This document shows, one piece after another, positions 35,463 to 48,398 of a stretch of DNA of 64,000 nt. The position numbers and the translations under genes are program-made. The stretch is taken from positions 512,001-576,000 of the forward strand of contig CAWDGJ010000003.1 of assembly GCA_963801815.1 (NCBI GenBank). The letters run 5' to 3'. This stretch comes from an uncultured Verrucomicrobiae bacterium (GTDB lineage: Bacteria; Verrucomicrobiota; Verrucomicrobiia; Chthoniobacterales; UBA10450). The stretch's first letter is position 1; the number at the start of each line of letters is the position of its first letter. The notes under the pieces were generated by a model. That model was not told where the DNA came from and made no database searches. It saw nothing but the letters and a program-made list of their open reading frames with translations.

Positions 35463-35925
35463 ATGCAAAGTCCACGAACTCAACATCGACATCTCGATTC
35501 GCGATCAAACCCTGACCCTGACCCGAGATGGCGAAACGGTTCGCTCGTATCCGATTTCGAGCTCGCGCTTTGGAATTGGAACACAGGAAGGCAGTTTTAA
35601 AACGCCGACCGGAAATTTTCACGATCTCTCAAAAGATCGGCGGCGATATGCCCACGGAACGATTTTTCGAAGTCGGGTGCCACTGGGACCGGAAGACCCG
35701 CTTCCGTCCACCGAGGATTTGGTGATGTCGCGGATTCTCTGGTTGGATGGCCTGGACGAACACAACGCGAATACGCGGGACCGGTTCATCTACATCCACG
35801 GCACCAAACATGAGGACAAGATCGGGACGCCGGCGAGTCACGGGTGCATTCGGATGCGAAATGCGGACGTGGTTGAGTTATTTGAGCTGGTTGATGAAAC
35901 CACGCCGGTGGTCATCCGCGAATAG
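35463..35925 (+). CDS. L,D-transpeptidase (YkuD family), frameshifted
   Basis: IDISIRDQTLTL...YPISSSRFG...KTPTG; IYIHGT...ASHGCIRM. Confidence 0.88.
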
Positions 35926-36020
35926 ATTGTAGCAAGCACCTTTCAAAAAAGGCGTTGCGTCAATTATGTTCATCGCCTAGAACGTCGAAGCAACTAGCAC
36001 GGAAAGGAGGCGAAATTAGA

Positions 36021-36146
36021 TTGAAACTATTAAAAGCGATCATGATTATGGCCGTTTTGGCCGGTGCGTTAAGTTTGGGAGCCTGCGCTCAACACAAGGA
36101 GGCTGCCGCCACAACGACCACCGCAAGCACGCATTACGGCAAATAA
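36021..36146 (+). CDS. Very small lipoprotein (41 aa)
   Basis: Strong SD AAGGAGG, TTG start, MKLLKAIMIMAVLAGALSLGAC-AQHKEAAATTTTASTHYGK, followed by a terminator. Confidence 0.75.
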   Translation: MKLLKAIMIMAVLAGALSLGACAQHKEAAATTTTASTHYGK

Positions 36147-36187
36147 CCCCTTCGTCGAAGTTTGTTCCATTGCGGGACGGCTTTGAC

Positions 36188-36223
36188 AAAAAGGCCGGGT
36201 CGCTTTTGCGACCTGGCCTTTTT
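36188..36223 (+). terminator. Intrinsic terminator (possibly bidirectional)
   Basis: AAAAAGGCCGGGTCGC-TTTT-GCGACCTGGCCTTTTT. Confidence 0.85.
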
Positions 36224-36291
36224 ATTTGCGGCGAAAGGTGATGCGACCTTTTGCTGCTGCACACTCAACCACATCGGATAAGTTTTATATC

Positions 36292-36933
36292 GTGAGCCCA
36301 AGAATCGCGCTGGCGGTCGCCATTGGCGTTTGGTTTGGAATGACGGCATGGGCCCAGGACGAAAAGTCGATCAACGATTTGCGCAACGCGCTGATTACGC
36401 TTTCACCAGGCACCGTCGATCCACAAGAAGCGGAATTATTGTCAGATACTGCTCATCGCACTTCGCGTGAACTCGCCCGGGAATATGGCGTGACTGGCGA
36501 CCCGGCAGTTCACAATTATCTCATTCACATTGGCGCGAAAAAGCGAGGCATCTGCGCGGATTATACCCACGACATCGGCGCTCGGCTGAGAGAAATGCGA
36601 TTCAAGACTCTTGTACTCCACTGGGGCACCGCTTGGGAAAAAGAATCCGATGAGAACAACGCATTGATTGTCACTGCGCGAAACCAATCGTTCTACGACG
36701 GAATCGTCCTCGACGGTTGGCGACGGGCTGGCCGATTATTCTGGTGCCACGTCAGGGACGACGCGGAGTACGAAGCGGGACGCCACGGGCTCCTTGGTCA
36801 CCTGGGCGGAAGCGTCCGCACCGGAATTACAGCGTGGAAAGAGGACCCGCAGGGAACTGCCTCATTGCAACCGCAACCTCTTCCACCGAAGCCGCAACCA
36901 AAGCGAAAGTCGTCGAAGCGCCCACCAGCTTAA
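36292..36933 (+). CDS. Exported hypothetical protein, possible transglutaminase/papain-like fold
   Basis: Signal-like N-terminus; RGICADY...ENNALIV...IVLDGWR. Confidence 0.7.
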   Translation: MSPRIALAVAIGVWFGMTAWAQDEKSINDLRNALITLSPGTVDPQEAELLSDTAHRTSRELAREYGVTGDPAVHNYLIHIGAKKRGICADYTHDIGARLREMRFKTLVLHWGTAWEKESDENNALIVTARNQSFYDGIVLDGWRRAGRLFWCHVRDDAEYEAGRHGLLGHLGGSVRTGITAWKEDPQGTASLQPQPLPPKPQPKRKSSKRPPA

Positions 36934-36985
36934 ACTAACGCTACGTCCACTTCCCTTTGCACGACTTGTCGCTAAGATCGCTTCG

Positions 36986-38481
36986 ATGGAGTTAAACGGT
37001 CAGAGGTTAGAGTTGTCTGAAATTGCCGCCGTGGCCTATGGCGGCGAGCGAGTTCAAATTGCCTCCGGCGCCAAAAAGCGAATGGCCGAGTCCCGCAAGG
37101 TCATCGACCACATCGCCACCCGCGATTCGGTGGTTTACGGCGTCAACACCGGCTTTGGCAAGCTGGCCGATGTCCGAATTCCGCGTCAGCAAATCGAAAC
37201 TCTCCAGCTGAATCTCGTTCGCAGTCATGCCTGCGGGATCGGCAATCCACTCTCGGAGCCCGAGGTGCGTGCGATGATGTTGCTCCGCGCCAATGTGCTC
37301 GTGCTTGGTCTCAGCGGCATTCGACCTGAGGTCGTACAGCTGCTTTGTCAGATGTTGAACGATCGCGTGCATCCGGTTATTCCCGAAAAAGGGTCCGTCG
37401 GCGCAAGTGGCGATCTCGCGCCACTCGCGCATCTCGCGCTGGGTCTGATCGGCGAGGGCGAAGCGTTCTTTGACGGGAAACGGATGGAAAGCAGCCAAGC
37501 GCTTAAGCGCGCGAAATTAAAGCCGGTGAAGCTGGCAGCGAAGGAAGGTCTTGCGCTTCTCAACGGCACTCAAGGAATGCACGCGGTCGGAGGATTATCG
37601 ATCTTGCGCGCGCAGCGTTTGTCCGAACTCGCCGATGTTGCTGGCGCGATGACGCTTGAAGGATTGCGCGATACTCCAGCAGCGTTTGATCCGCGATTAC
37701 AAGACGCCCGACCGCATGCGGGTCAAAAAGCTACCGCGACGCATCTGCGTTCGCTTTTGGAAAACAGTGAGATTCGCGAATCGCATCGCAAGAATGATCC
37801 GCGCGTGCAGGATGCCTACAGTATTCGTTGCATGCCGCAGGTTCATGGGGCGGTCCGCGACGTTCTCGCGCACTGCGAACAAGTTTTGGAAATTGAATCC
37901 ATGTCCGCGACTGACAATCCGCTCGTCTTCGCGAAAACCGGTGACGTGATTTCCGGCGGAAATTTTCACGGTGCACCGCTTGCGTTCGCGTTCGATTATG
38001 CCGCGATCGCACTGACCGATTTGATGAGCATCAGCGAACGACGCCTCGATCGATTGGTCAATCCGGACAAGAACGAAGGGCTACCCGCATTTCTTGCCCG
38101 GCATCCGGGCCTGGAATCTGGCTTCATGCTTCCACATGTCGTCGCAGCGTCCCTTCTCAATGAAGCGCGTGTGCTCGCGCATCCCGCGAGCATCGATAAT
38201 GTGAGCACGTCTGGAGGAAAAGAGGACCACGTCTCGATGGGAATGACCAGCGCGTTAAAATTGCGGTCCATTGTCGATCTTGCCGAAAATCTTTTCGCGA
38301 TCGAATTGCTCGCCGCCGCGGAAGCGCTGGAGCATCGGCGTCCATTGAAGGCAGGCAAAGGTGTGGAGCGCGCCTTTAAGCTTGTTAGACAAACCGCTCC
38401 TCCTCTGACGGGGGATCGTCCGTTGGCCGGTGACATCGCCCGCGTGGCCGACCTAATTCGTTCGGGTAAGTTCGACAAGTT

Positions 38482-38485
<4 letters not shown>
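36986..38485 (+). CDS. hutH: Histidine ammonia-lyase
   Basis: [23 protein letters not shown] (MIO motif); [15 protein letters not shown]. Confidence 0.97.
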
Positions 38486-40149
<1,664 letters not shown>

Positions 40150-40151
40150 TC

Positions 40152-41834
40152 ATGCAAAAGCTGATCGAGTGCGTGCCGAATTTTTCGGAAGGACGCGACG
40201 AAAACATTATCCGGCAAATCGCGGACGCGATTAAATCGACCGAGGGCGTTACCTTGCTCGATGTCGATCCTGGCGCGACGACAAATCGAACAGTCGTCAC
40301 TTTTGTTGGAAGTCCGGACGCGGCGGTTGAGGCGGCGTTTCGCGGAATCAGGAAAGCCGCCGAGTTGATCGACATGCGCAAGCACAAAGGCGCCCACCCG
40401 CGCATGGGTGCGACCGATGTTTGCCCGTTCATTCCGGTGAGCAACGTCAGTTGGGAGGAAGCAATCGAATGCGCGAAAAAATTGGGAAAACGTGTCGGCG
40501 AAGAACTGGAAATTCCCGTGTATCTCTACGAGAAGGCCGCGAAGAATAAGTCGCGATCGAATCTCGCTGTGATCCGAGGTGGCGAATACGAAGGCTTCAC
40601 CGAAAAGATTCAAAAGCCGGAATGGAAACCGGATTTTGGTCCGACCAGGTTGAACGAGAAAGCGGGAGCGACGGTGATTGGCGCGCGCGAGTTTCTTGTC
40701 GCTTACAACGCGAATTTGAATACGAAATCGGTTCGCCGCGCGAATTCAGTCGCGTTCGACGTGCGGGAGCAGGGACGCTTCAAAACGGAAGACGGCACGC
40801 CCACTGGCAAAAAGGTCCTCGATAAAAACGGCGAGCCGATTCGCGAACCGGGAATGTTGAAGCAAGTCAAAGCCATCGGCTGGTTCGTCAAGGAATACGG
40901 AATTGCCCAAGTCTCAATGAATCTGACAAACATCGACGAGACGCCTTTGCATGTGGCATTCGACGCCTGTGTTAAGTCTGCGAGCAGGCGCGGCATGCGC
41001 GTAACCGGCTCGGAAATCGTCGGCATGGTTCCGAAGAGATGTCTCACTGACGCCGGCCGCTATTTTTTGCGGAAACAGAAATGGTCGGAAGGCACGTCGG
41101 AAGAGGAACTGATCGACATCGCGGTGAAGTCGATGGGCTTGAGCGAACTGAAACCTTTCGATCCGAAAGAAAAAGTGATTGAGTTGAAGATCAGCAGCGA
41201 TTCGAAGTCGCTTTTGAAAATGAACCTGCGCGAATTTTGCAACGAAACCTTGAGTGATTCGCCTGCGCCCGGCGGCGGGTCGGTCGCGGCGTTGATGGGT
41301 GCGCTCGGCGCGTCGCTTGGCGGAATGGTGGCGAATCTTTCCGCCGGAAAGCGCGGGTGGGACGACAAACTCCAATTCTTTAGCGATTGGGCGGTGAAAG
41401 CGCAGAAGCTCAAGGACGAGCTTCTTTTTTTGGTGGATGAAGACACGAATGCGTTCAACAAAGTGATGGACGCATTCGGTCTGCCAAAAGGATCCGATGA
41501 AGAAAAGAAATCGCGGGCGGCGGCGATCGAATCGGCCACGAAATATGCCGCCGAAATTCCACTGAAAGTGATGGAGACCGCGTCCAAGTCCTACGAATTG
41601 CTCGCTGAAATGGCGGAAACGGGAAACCCGGCGTCGGTGTCGGATGTTGGCGTTGGCGCACTGGCAACGCGGGCGTGCGTCGAAGGCGCGGCGTTGAACG
41701 TGCGAATTAATCTCGGCCAGTTAAAGGACGAAAAGACGAAGGCCGATCTTTCGAAGAAAGTCGAAACCCTGAGAGCCGATTCGGAATCTCAGTTCAAGAA
41801 AATCAGCGAACTGGTAGAGAGCAAGATAGGGTGA
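40152..41834 (+). CDS. ftcD: Bifunctional glutamate formiminotransferase / formimino-THF cyclodeaminase
   Basis: LIECVPNFSEGR; HPRMGATDVCPF; C-terminal domain SPAPGGGSVAAL...GNPASVSDVGVG. Confidence 0.93.
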   Translation: MQKLIECVPNFSEGRDENIIRQIADAIKSTEGVTLLDVDPGATTNRTVVTFVGSPDAAVEAAFRGIRKAAELIDMRKHKGAHPRMGATDVCPFIPVSNVSWEEAIECAKKLGKRVGEELEIPVYLYEKAAKNKSRSNLAVIRGGEYEGFTEKIQKPEWKPDFGPTRLNEKAGATVIGAREFLVAYNANLNTKSVRRANSVAFDVREQGRFKTEDGTPTGKKVLDKNGEPIREPGMLKQVKAIGWFVKEYGIAQVSMNLTNIDETPLHVAFDACVKSASRRGMRVTGSEIVGMVPKRCLTDAGRYFLRKQKWSEGTSEEELIDIAVKSMGLSELKPFDPKEKVIELKISSDSKSLLKMNLREFCNETLSDSPAPGGGSVAALMGALGASLGGMVANLSAGKRGWDDKLQFFSDWAVKAQKLKDELLFLVDEDTNAFNKVMDAFGLPKGSDEEKKSRAAAIESATKYAAEIPLKVMETASKSYELLAEMAETGNPASVSDVGVGALATRACVEGAALNVRINLGQLKDEKTKADLSKKVETLRADSESQFKKISELVESKIG

Positions 41835-41852
41835 TGTGCGCCAACTACTGAA

Positions 41853-41933
41853 TGTCATGTTGAGCGAAGCGAAACATCTCTGACTTCAGTTACAAGAAAT
41901 GATCAGAGATTCTTCGCTTCGCTCAGAATGACA
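41853..41933. repeat. Palindromic MITE/REP-like element (TGTCA...TGACA ends), copy 1
   Basis: TGTCATGTTGAGCGAAGCGAAACATCTCTGA...TCAGAGATTCTTCGCTTCGCTCAGAATGACA. Confidence 0.85.
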
Positions 41934-43199
41934 ATGAGTTCACTCGCTCTTCTTCATGCGTCGCAGTTGGTCACGCTGTCAGGTCCGAAACGTCCGCGGG
42001 TCGGAAAAGAATTGTCCGAGCTTGGAATTATTCGCGACGGCGGAATTTTGATTCGCGACGGCAAAATCGACTTTGTCGGCCCAAGCGACGAGCTGCAGAA
42101 AAACTTGACGGCTTTAAGCCGTCAAGTCTCAAAGAGCGCGAGCGAGTTTGAGATTGTTGATCTTGGTGGACGGGTTGCATTGCCGGGATTTGTCGATGCG
42201 CACACCCATCTGGTTTTCGGCGGGAATCGCGTGGACGATTTTGAACGTCGTGCCCGGGGGGAAACTTATGAGCAAATCGCGGAAGCAGGCGGAGGTATCT
42301 GGTCGACCGTTCAGAAAACACGTGCGGCGAGCGAGGGCGAACTTTTCGAAATGGCGAAGAAACGCGTTGATTGGTTTTTGAAATGCGGCACGACAACAAT
42401 CGAGGCCAAATCGGGTTACGGACTGACGCTCGACGATGAACTGAAGATTCTGCGCGTGCTCCGGCGATTGAATAACGAGATGCCGCTCGAGATTGTTCCG
42501 ACATTTCTCGGCGCCCATGCGGCTCCTCGAGGAGCGACGTCGGAAGAATATGTCGATCTTGTGATCAACGAAATGTTGCCACGGGTCGCGAAAGAAAAGC
42601 TCGCGGAGTTTTGCGATGTTTTTTGCGAGCGCGGCTATTTCGATCTCGAGCAATCGCGCAAGATCTTCAGCGCGGCCAAAAGGCTCGGACTTAAGTTGCG
42701 CGGTCACGTTGATCAGCTTTCAAATTCCGGCGGCGCGAAATTGATGGCGGAACTGGGCGCCACGACAGCCGACCATTTGGAAAAAACAGACGAGCAGGGG
42801 ATTGCAGCATTGAAATCGGCGAGCGTGCAGCCTGTCCTGCTTCCAGGATCGGTCTACGCGCTTGGTTTGAAGGAATATCCGCGCGCTAGAGAAATGATAG
42901 ACGCTAGCCTTGCGGTTGTGCTGGCAACCGATTTCAATCCGGGCTCCTCGCCGACCCCATCCATGCCGATGGTGCTTTCGCTTGCCTGCACCCAGATGAA
43001 GATGTCCCCCGCCGAAGCGATCTCCGCTTCGACGATCAACGCAGCCTGTTCCTTAAACCGGGGTGATCGGATCGGCTCACTCGAAACGGGAAAACTTGCC
43101 AACGTCGCGGCGTTCGACTGTGAAGATTACCGTGAGCTCGCATATTGGTTCGGGATTCCACAAACCCATTCGGTTTACGTTCGCGGGGTTAAAGTATGA
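41934..43199 (+). CDS. hutI: Imidazolonepropionase
   Basis: PGFVDAHTHLVF; EAKSGYGL; TFLGAH; DVFCERG; ATDFNPGSSP. Confidence 0.97.
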   Translation: MSSLALLHASQLVTLSGPKRPRVGKELSELGIIRDGGILIRDGKIDFVGPSDELQKNLTALSRQVSKSASEFEIVDLGGRVALPGFVDAHTHLVFGGNRVDDFERRARGETYEQIAEAGGGIWSTVQKTRAASEGELFEMAKKRVDWFLKCGTTTIEAKSGYGLTLDDELKILRVLRRLNNEMPLEIVPTFLGAHAAPRGATSEEYVDLVINEMLPRVAKEKLAEFCDVFCERGYFDLEQSRKIFSAAKRLGLKLRGHVDQLSNSGGAKLMAELGATTADHLEKTDEQGIAALKSASVQPVLLPGSVYALGLKEYPRAREMIDASLAVVLATDFNPGSSPTPSMPMVLSLACTQMKMSPAEAISASTINAACSLNRGDRIGSLETGKLANVAAFDCEDYRELAYWFGIPQTHSVYVRGVKV

Positions 43200-43630
43200 A
43201 CCGATTCCTGATGTTGGTAACTGCCGCGCTTTCAGTGTCGTGTCAGATGAGGGACAACCATGCGGAAGAAGAACTTCTGAAAGTGGAAAGAGATTTCGCA
43301 GCGGCAGTTCTGAGCAACGATGTTGACGTGATCGGTAAATTCTTAACCGACGATTGGGCCATCGTTGATGCGGACGGAGGGGTCATCGACAAGGCCCGCT
43401 TTCTTGGCGCGATCAAATCGGGAACTTTGGTTCATGAAGAGATGGAATTAGACGATATGACGGTCCGTGCCCACGGGGATAGCGCTGTGGTTACCACCAT
43501 CACTTCAACCAAGGGGAAATTTGCCGGGCGAGAGTTTGCGACCCAGGAACGCGCCACCGATTTTTTCGTAAAGCGGAACGGCCGCTGGCAGTGCGTGTTC
43601 TCGCAGCTGACGAAATTTACCAAGAAATAA
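43196..43630 (+). CDS. NTF2/SnoaL-like (DUF4440-type) protein, possibly a lipoprotein
   Basis: VRAHGDSAVV...TDFFVKRNGRWQCV; LSVSC near the N-terminus. Confidence 0.8.
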   Translation: MNRFLMLVTAALSVSCQMRDNHAEEELLKVERDFAAAVLSNDVDVIGKFLTDDWAIVDADGGVIDKARFLGAIKSGTLVHEEMELDDMTVRAHGDSAVVTTITSTKGKFAGREFATQERATDFFVKRNGRWQCVFSQLTKFTKK

Positions 43631-43683
43631 AGCGACCGGAGCGGTTGCCCTGCAATTGCGTGCGGCGTAGCGTGGCAGCTCTC

Positions 43684-45006
43684 ATGAAGGTTCAGGTGGA
43701 AAAAAAGCCCGAGTCAGTCTCGACGTTGAAGATCGAGCTGCCGGCGGACGAAGTTTCGAAAGAGTGGGACGCGATCGCGACCAGTTTCGCGCGGTTCGCC
43801 AAAATACCGGGCTATCGGCCAGGCAAAGCGCCACGAGCGGTCGTCGATAAACGATTTCGAAAAGAGATCCAGGAAGAGGTCACTAAGAAACTGGTTTCGA
43901 AAAGTTATCACGAAGCGATTGAGCAGAAGAAATTGCGGGTCGCGTCGCTGACGAATCTGGAAGACGTCCAGTTTGGCGATGACAAATCGATGCGGTTCCA
44001 GGCGACAGTGGTGACTGCGCCGGAATTTAAGTTGCCCGACTACAAGGATATTTCCGTCCAACTACCGGACATGAAAGTCTCGGAAACCGAAATTAACGCG
44101 ACGCTCGAGCGCTTGCGCGACCAAACAGCGGATTTTGTCGACGCTCCGGATCGTCCGGCGCAGATGGACGATTTCGTGGTGATCGATTTTGAGGGGACGG
44201 TCGACGGAAAACCGATCAGTGAAGTCGCGCCGAGCGCGAGCAAGAATTTGCATGGCGGCAAGAAATTCTGGCTGCGACTCGCGCCGGACAATTTTCTGCC
44301 GAAGTTTTGCGAACAAATCGTTGGTCAGAAAAAAGACGAGAGCCGGACGCTCCCAGTCGACTTTCCGGGGGACTTCCTAGTCAAAGAGCTGACCGGGAAA
44401 CAGGCGAGCTACGATGTGACGTTGCGCGAGATTAAAGACAAAGTCCTGCCTGAGGTGAATGACGAGTTCGCGGCCAAACTGTTACCTGGCAAAACCCTCG
44501 CGGAACTGCGTCATCAGATCGAGCACGATCTCGAGCATGAGAAAGAGCATCAAGTGGAGCATGCGAAAGAAGAGCAAATCATCAAATTCCTCCACGAGAA
44601 AACAAAGTTCGACGTGCCGCCGCCACTGTTGCGAAACGAAACCAAACGCGCGCTTACGGAGCTGGTCCAACGCAACCGTGCTCGCGGAATTCCGGACGAA
44701 ATGTTAAAGGAAAAGGAAAAAGAACTGATCGAGACCGCAGGAAGCGTCGCTTATCATCGACTGAAGACGAACTTCATTCTCGAGCGTATCGCGGAGCAGG
44801 AGAAGATCGAGGTCACTCGTGAAGATGCGGATCTTCGGATTCGTCAGGAAGCGCAGCGCTACAACATTTCGAGCGACAAGATGCGCAAGGAACTTGAAGA
44901 ACACGATGGACTTAACGCGCTGGCGGAACAAATACTGCTGGCTAAGACTCTTGATTTCCTAAAGGCGAATGTTAGCGTCCAACCGATTTCGGAAGAGAAG
45001 ACATGA
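43684..45006 (+). CDS. tig: Trigger factor
   Basis: [20 protein letters not shown]; upstream of clpP-clpX. Confidence 0.95.
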   Translation: MKVQVEKKPESVSTLKIELPADEVSKEWDAIATSFARFAKIPGYRPGKAPRAVVDKRFRKEIQEEVTKKLVSKSYHEAIEQKKLRVASLTNLEDVQFGDDKSMRFQATVVTAPEFKLPDYKDISVQLPDMKVSETEINATLERLRDQTADFVDAPDRPAQMDDFVVIDFEGTVDGKPISEVAPSASKNLHGGKKFWLRLAPDNFLPKFCEQIVGQKKDESRTLPVDFPGDFLVKELTGKQASYDVTLREIKDKVLPEVNDEFAAKLLPGKTLAELRHQIEHDLEHEKEHQVEHAKEEQIIKFLHEKTKFDVPPPLLRNETKRALTELVQRNRARGIPDEMLKEKEKELIETAGSVAYHRLKTNFILERIAEQEKIEVTREDADLRIRQEAQRYNISSDKMRKELEEHDGLNALAEQILLAKTLDFLKANVSVQPISEEKT

Positions 45007-45683
45007 ACGACAGTAACGAAAATCGATCGCAATCGATCCTGATTCCGATGGTGGTCGAACAGACCGGCCGGGGCGAACGCAGTTACGACATTTACTCGCG
45101 TTTGCTGAAGGACCGCATCGTTTTCATCGGAACGGCAATCGATGATCACGTGGCAAACCTCGTAATCGCGCAGTTGCTCTTTCTGCAAATGGAAGACTCG
45201 AAGAAGGACATCAGCATCTACATCAACTCCGGCGGCGGCGTTGTGACCGCTGGACTTGCGATTTACGACACGATGCAGTTTTTAACGTGCGACGTGACAA
45301 CTTACTGCCTCGGAATGGCTGCGAGCATGGCTGCCGTTTTGTTGTGCGCGGGGACCAAAGGCAAGCGATTCGCACTTCCGAATTCCGACATCATGATCCA
45401 CCAGGTTTCGGGCGGCGCGCAGGGACAAGCGAGCGATGTTGAACGCCAGGTCGATTACATGTTCAAACTCAAGAAGAGGATCATTAAGATTATTTCGAAG
45501 CACACAGGTAAACCAGAAGACCAGGTCCGGCTTGATTCGGATCGCGATTATTATATGTCGGCTCAGGAAGCGAAGGCCTACGGTCTTGTGGATGAAGTGA
45601 TCAAATCTCGCAAGGAAGTGAAAGGGTTGGATGGCGCACATTCGGGCGAGTCGGAGCGCAGCGGCCGGAAATCGGAGGAATAG
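45003..45683 (+). CDS. clpP: Clp protease proteolytic subunit
   Basis: [26 protein letters not shown]. Confidence 0.97.
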   Translation: MNDSNENRSQSILIPMVVEQTGRGERSYDIYSRLLKDRIVFIGTAIDDHVANLVIAQLLFLQMEDSKKDISIYINSGGGVVTAGLAIYDTMQFLTCDVTTYCLGMAASMAAVLLCAGTKGKRFALPNSDIMIHQVSGGAQGQASDVERQVDYMFKLKKRIIKIISKHTGKPEDQVRLDSDRDYYMSAQEAKAYGLVDEVIKSRKEVKGLDGAHSGESERSGRKSEE

Positions 45684-45709
45684 AAGCTGCTCCCCTTGAG
45701 GGCCAAAAT

Positions 45710-46990
45710 ATGGCGCGCGCGACGAACCTGACGATGTGCTCCTTCTGTGGCAAAAGCCACGCCGAGGTTCGCAAACTCATCGCTGGACCGGGCGTTTATA
45801 TTTGCGACAGCTGTATCAACGTTTGCAAAAGCATTCTCGACAAAGAACTGAACGAGGACGCGCGACGGCAATCGTCGAACATTCGTGTCCCGAAGCCAGT
45901 GGAGATCCGGCGCGCGCTCGACCAATATGTGATTGGGCAAGACGTCGCCAAGAAAACGCTTTCAGTCGCGGTCCACAATCATTTCAAGCGGGTGTTACAG
46001 GCTTCCGCCCCGGCCGATTCTTCCGCCGCGTTCCAACCCGACCCGCTGGCCGATGTTGAAATCGAAAAGAGCAATATTCTTCTCATTGGCCCGACTGGTT
46101 CCGGCAAGACGCTGCTCGCCAAAACCCTAGCGCGCATTCTCGATGTTCCATTTTGCATCGCCGACGCGACCACGCTCACCGAGGCAGGCTATGTTGGCGA
46201 GGACGTTGAGAACATCATTTTGCGATTGCTCCAAAACGCCGACTACGACGTGAAGCGCGCCGAAATCGGCATCGTTTATATCGACGAGATCGACAAGATT
46301 GGTCGCAAAACGGACAACGTGTCGATCACGCGCGACGTGTCTGGCGAAGGCGTTCAGCAAGCGCTGCTGAAAATTCTGGAAGGATCGACATGCAACGTTC
46401 CACCGCAAGGCGGGCGCAAACATCCGCACCAGGAATACATTCAGGTCAACACCGAGAAAATTTTGTTCATCTGCGGCGGCGCGTTCATCGGCCTGGACAA
46501 GATCATTCAAAAACGAATCGGTCAAAAAGTCATGGGCTTCGGAGGTCCAACGATTGAGGTCGAGGAAGCGTCGCGCAAGGAAGCAATCCGGCACGTCGAA
46601 CCGGAAGACCTGCTCGCGTTTGGAATGATTCCGGAGTTCATCGGCCGCTTGCCGGTGGTGAGCTCGCTCGACGCGCTCACAGAAGAAGAGATGGTCGCAA
46701 TCCTGACCGAAACCAAGAACGCGATGATCAAGCAATACACCAAGCTTTTCTCAATGGAAGGTGTTCGACTGACGGTGACCAAAGATGCATTGCGGGCACT
46801 CGCGGCCCAATCGGTCACCAAGGGAACCGGCGCTCGCGCGCTGCGTTCAATGCTCGAGCGGATCATGCTCGACATCATGTACGATGTGCCGAGCCGCGAA
46901 GACATCGCCGAGGTCACGATTAATCGCGCGGTGGTCGAAGGCAAAAAGCTTCCGCTGATTCGCAAGAAGCAGGATAAAGACGCAGCCTAG
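45710..46990 (+). CDS. clpX: Clp protease ATPase subunit
   Basis: [32 protein letters not shown]. Confidence 0.98.
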   Translation: MARATNLTMCSFCGKSHAEVRKLIAGPGVYICDSCINVCKSILDKELNEDARRQSSNIRVPKPVEIRRALDQYVIGQDVAKKTLSVAVHNHFKRVLQASAPADSSAAFQPDPLADVEIEKSNILLIGPTGSGKTLLAKTLARILDVPFCIADATTLTEAGYVGEDVENIILRLLQNADYDVKRAEIGIVYIDEIDKIGRKTDNVSITRDVSGEGVQQALLKILEGSTCNVPPQGGRKHPHQEYIQVNTEKILFICGGAFIGLDKIIQKRIGQKVMGFGGPTIEVEEASRKEAIRHVEPEDLLAFGMIPEFIGRLPVVSSLDALTEEEMVAILTETKNAMIKQYTKLFSMEGVRLTVTKDALRALAAQSVTKGTGARALRSMLERIMLDIMYDVPSREDIAEVTINRAVVEGKKLPLIRKKQDKDAA

Positions 46991-47002
46991 CGGCTGCCGT
47001 GG

Positions 47003-47098
47003 AAACGTTTCCGTTAAATCGTTACGGCGGAAATCCCGTTGTAACCTTGTAACATTTTAACGAAGCACGTTCGTTTTCCGTTGTAACGATGTAACGTT
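47003..47098. repeat. Degenerate 8-mer (TTGTAACG-like) arrays
   Basis: CGTTAAAT CGTTAC...TTGTAACC TTGTAACA TTTTAACG...TTGTAACG ATGTAACG. Confidence 0.5.
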
Positions 47099-47119
47099 TT
47101 GGCGAATTACGTCTTACCC

Positions 47120-48355
47120 ATGCGCACGGTTCTTCTCAACACCGGCACGGAGCTTTTGGCCGGCGATGTGCACGACACGCATCTGGCTTTCATCGCGCGT
47201 GAAATCTTTTCGCTCGGATTGCGAATTGAGGAACGGCGGACGGTTGGTGACGGCGCGGTGATCGGCCAAACTTTGAAGGAATTGTTTTCGCGTGGGGAAA
47301 TAATTTTCGTTACAGGAGGACTGGGGCCGACGAGCGATGACATCACCCGCGATGTTGTGGCCGAGTTACTTAGCTTGAAACTGGAAGAGAACGCGGAGTT
47401 GCTCTCATCTCTGAGAGAGCGACTAAAGGTGCGCGGAATCAAATGGGTCTCAAGCATTGCGCGGCAGGCGCAGGTTCCCTTCGGTGCTCAAATTCTTCCA
47501 AACGAAAATGGCAGCGCCTCGGGTTTGTATTTGAACGCGAACATCAATCCGAGGATGTCGTCGCCACACATTTTTCTTTTGCCCGGCCCGCCCCGCGAAC
47601 TGCAACCGATGTTTCGAAAATCGGTGATGCCGATCCTGGGTTCGATTGTTGAAGCGCCGCGGATCGAACGCCGTTTCTACAAGATTGCAGTCATGGGCGA
47701 ATCCGTGGTCGAGGAAAAGATTGGAAAGAAAATTCTCGCAATTCCCAATATCGAGCTCGGTTATTGCGCGAGACCGGGTGAAGTCGACGTGCGGATGATT
47801 GGTTCGCATACGGCACTCGATCAGGCGGACCAGATTGTTCGCGCTGAACTCGGGGACGTTATTTTTGCCAGCGACGACGAAACTCTTGAAGAAGTTTTGG
47901 TGCAGTTGCTGACGACAAGGAAGCAAACGCTGGCAACAGCTGAATCGTGCACTGGGGGATTGCTCGCAAACCGGATCACGAATGTTCCGGGTGCGTCGGA
48001 CGTTTTCGTTGCCGGCTACGTGACGTATGCGAACGAAGCGAAAATCGACCTCCTGAGTGTCGATCCGAGGTTGATCGAGCAAAATGGCGCAGTCAGCGAA
48101 GAAGTGGCGCGGGCGATGGCCGAAGGCGCTCGTAAACGCGCCAGATCGACATACGCCGTGGCAACAACCGGAATCGCGGGACCGGCCGGGGGCTCGGAGG
48201 AAAAGCCTGTGGGAACGGTTTATATCGCGCTCACGGACGAGAACGAGACGAAGATCAGGAAATTATTTTTCCCCAGCGACCGCGAAACATTCAAGCAACT
48301 CGTCGCCCAGGTCGCGTTTGAAATGTTGCGTCGAAAGCTAATGGCCGACGCATAA
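47120..48355 (+). CDS. cinA: CinA-like protein (MoCF-like domain plus NMN deamidase PncC)
   Basis: TGGLGPTSDDIT; LPGPPREL; AESCTGG; GAVSEEVA..MAEG; TGIAGP. Confidence 0.93.
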   Translation: MRTVLLNTGTELLAGDVHDTHLAFIAREIFSLGLRIEERRTVGDGAVIGQTLKELFSRGEIIFVTGGLGPTSDDITRDVVAELLSLKLEENAELLSSLRERLKVRGIKWVSSIARQAQVPFGAQILPNENGSASGLYLNANINPRMSSPHIFLLPGPPRELQPMFRKSVMPILGSIVEAPRIERRFYKIAVMGESVVEEKIGKKILAIPNIELGYCARPGEVDVRMIGSHTALDQADQIVRAELGDVIFASDDETLEEVLVQLLTTRKQTLATAESCTGGLLANRITNVPGASDVFVAGYVTYANEAKIDLLSVDPRLIEQNGAVSEEVARAMAEGARKRARSTYAVATTGIAGPAGGSEEKPVGTVYIALTDENETKIRKLFFPSDRETFKQLVAQVAFEMLRRKLMADA

Positions 48356-48398
48356 TAGCGTGCAACCTGGTGTGGTCTCGCGGGATTCGGGATGACTA

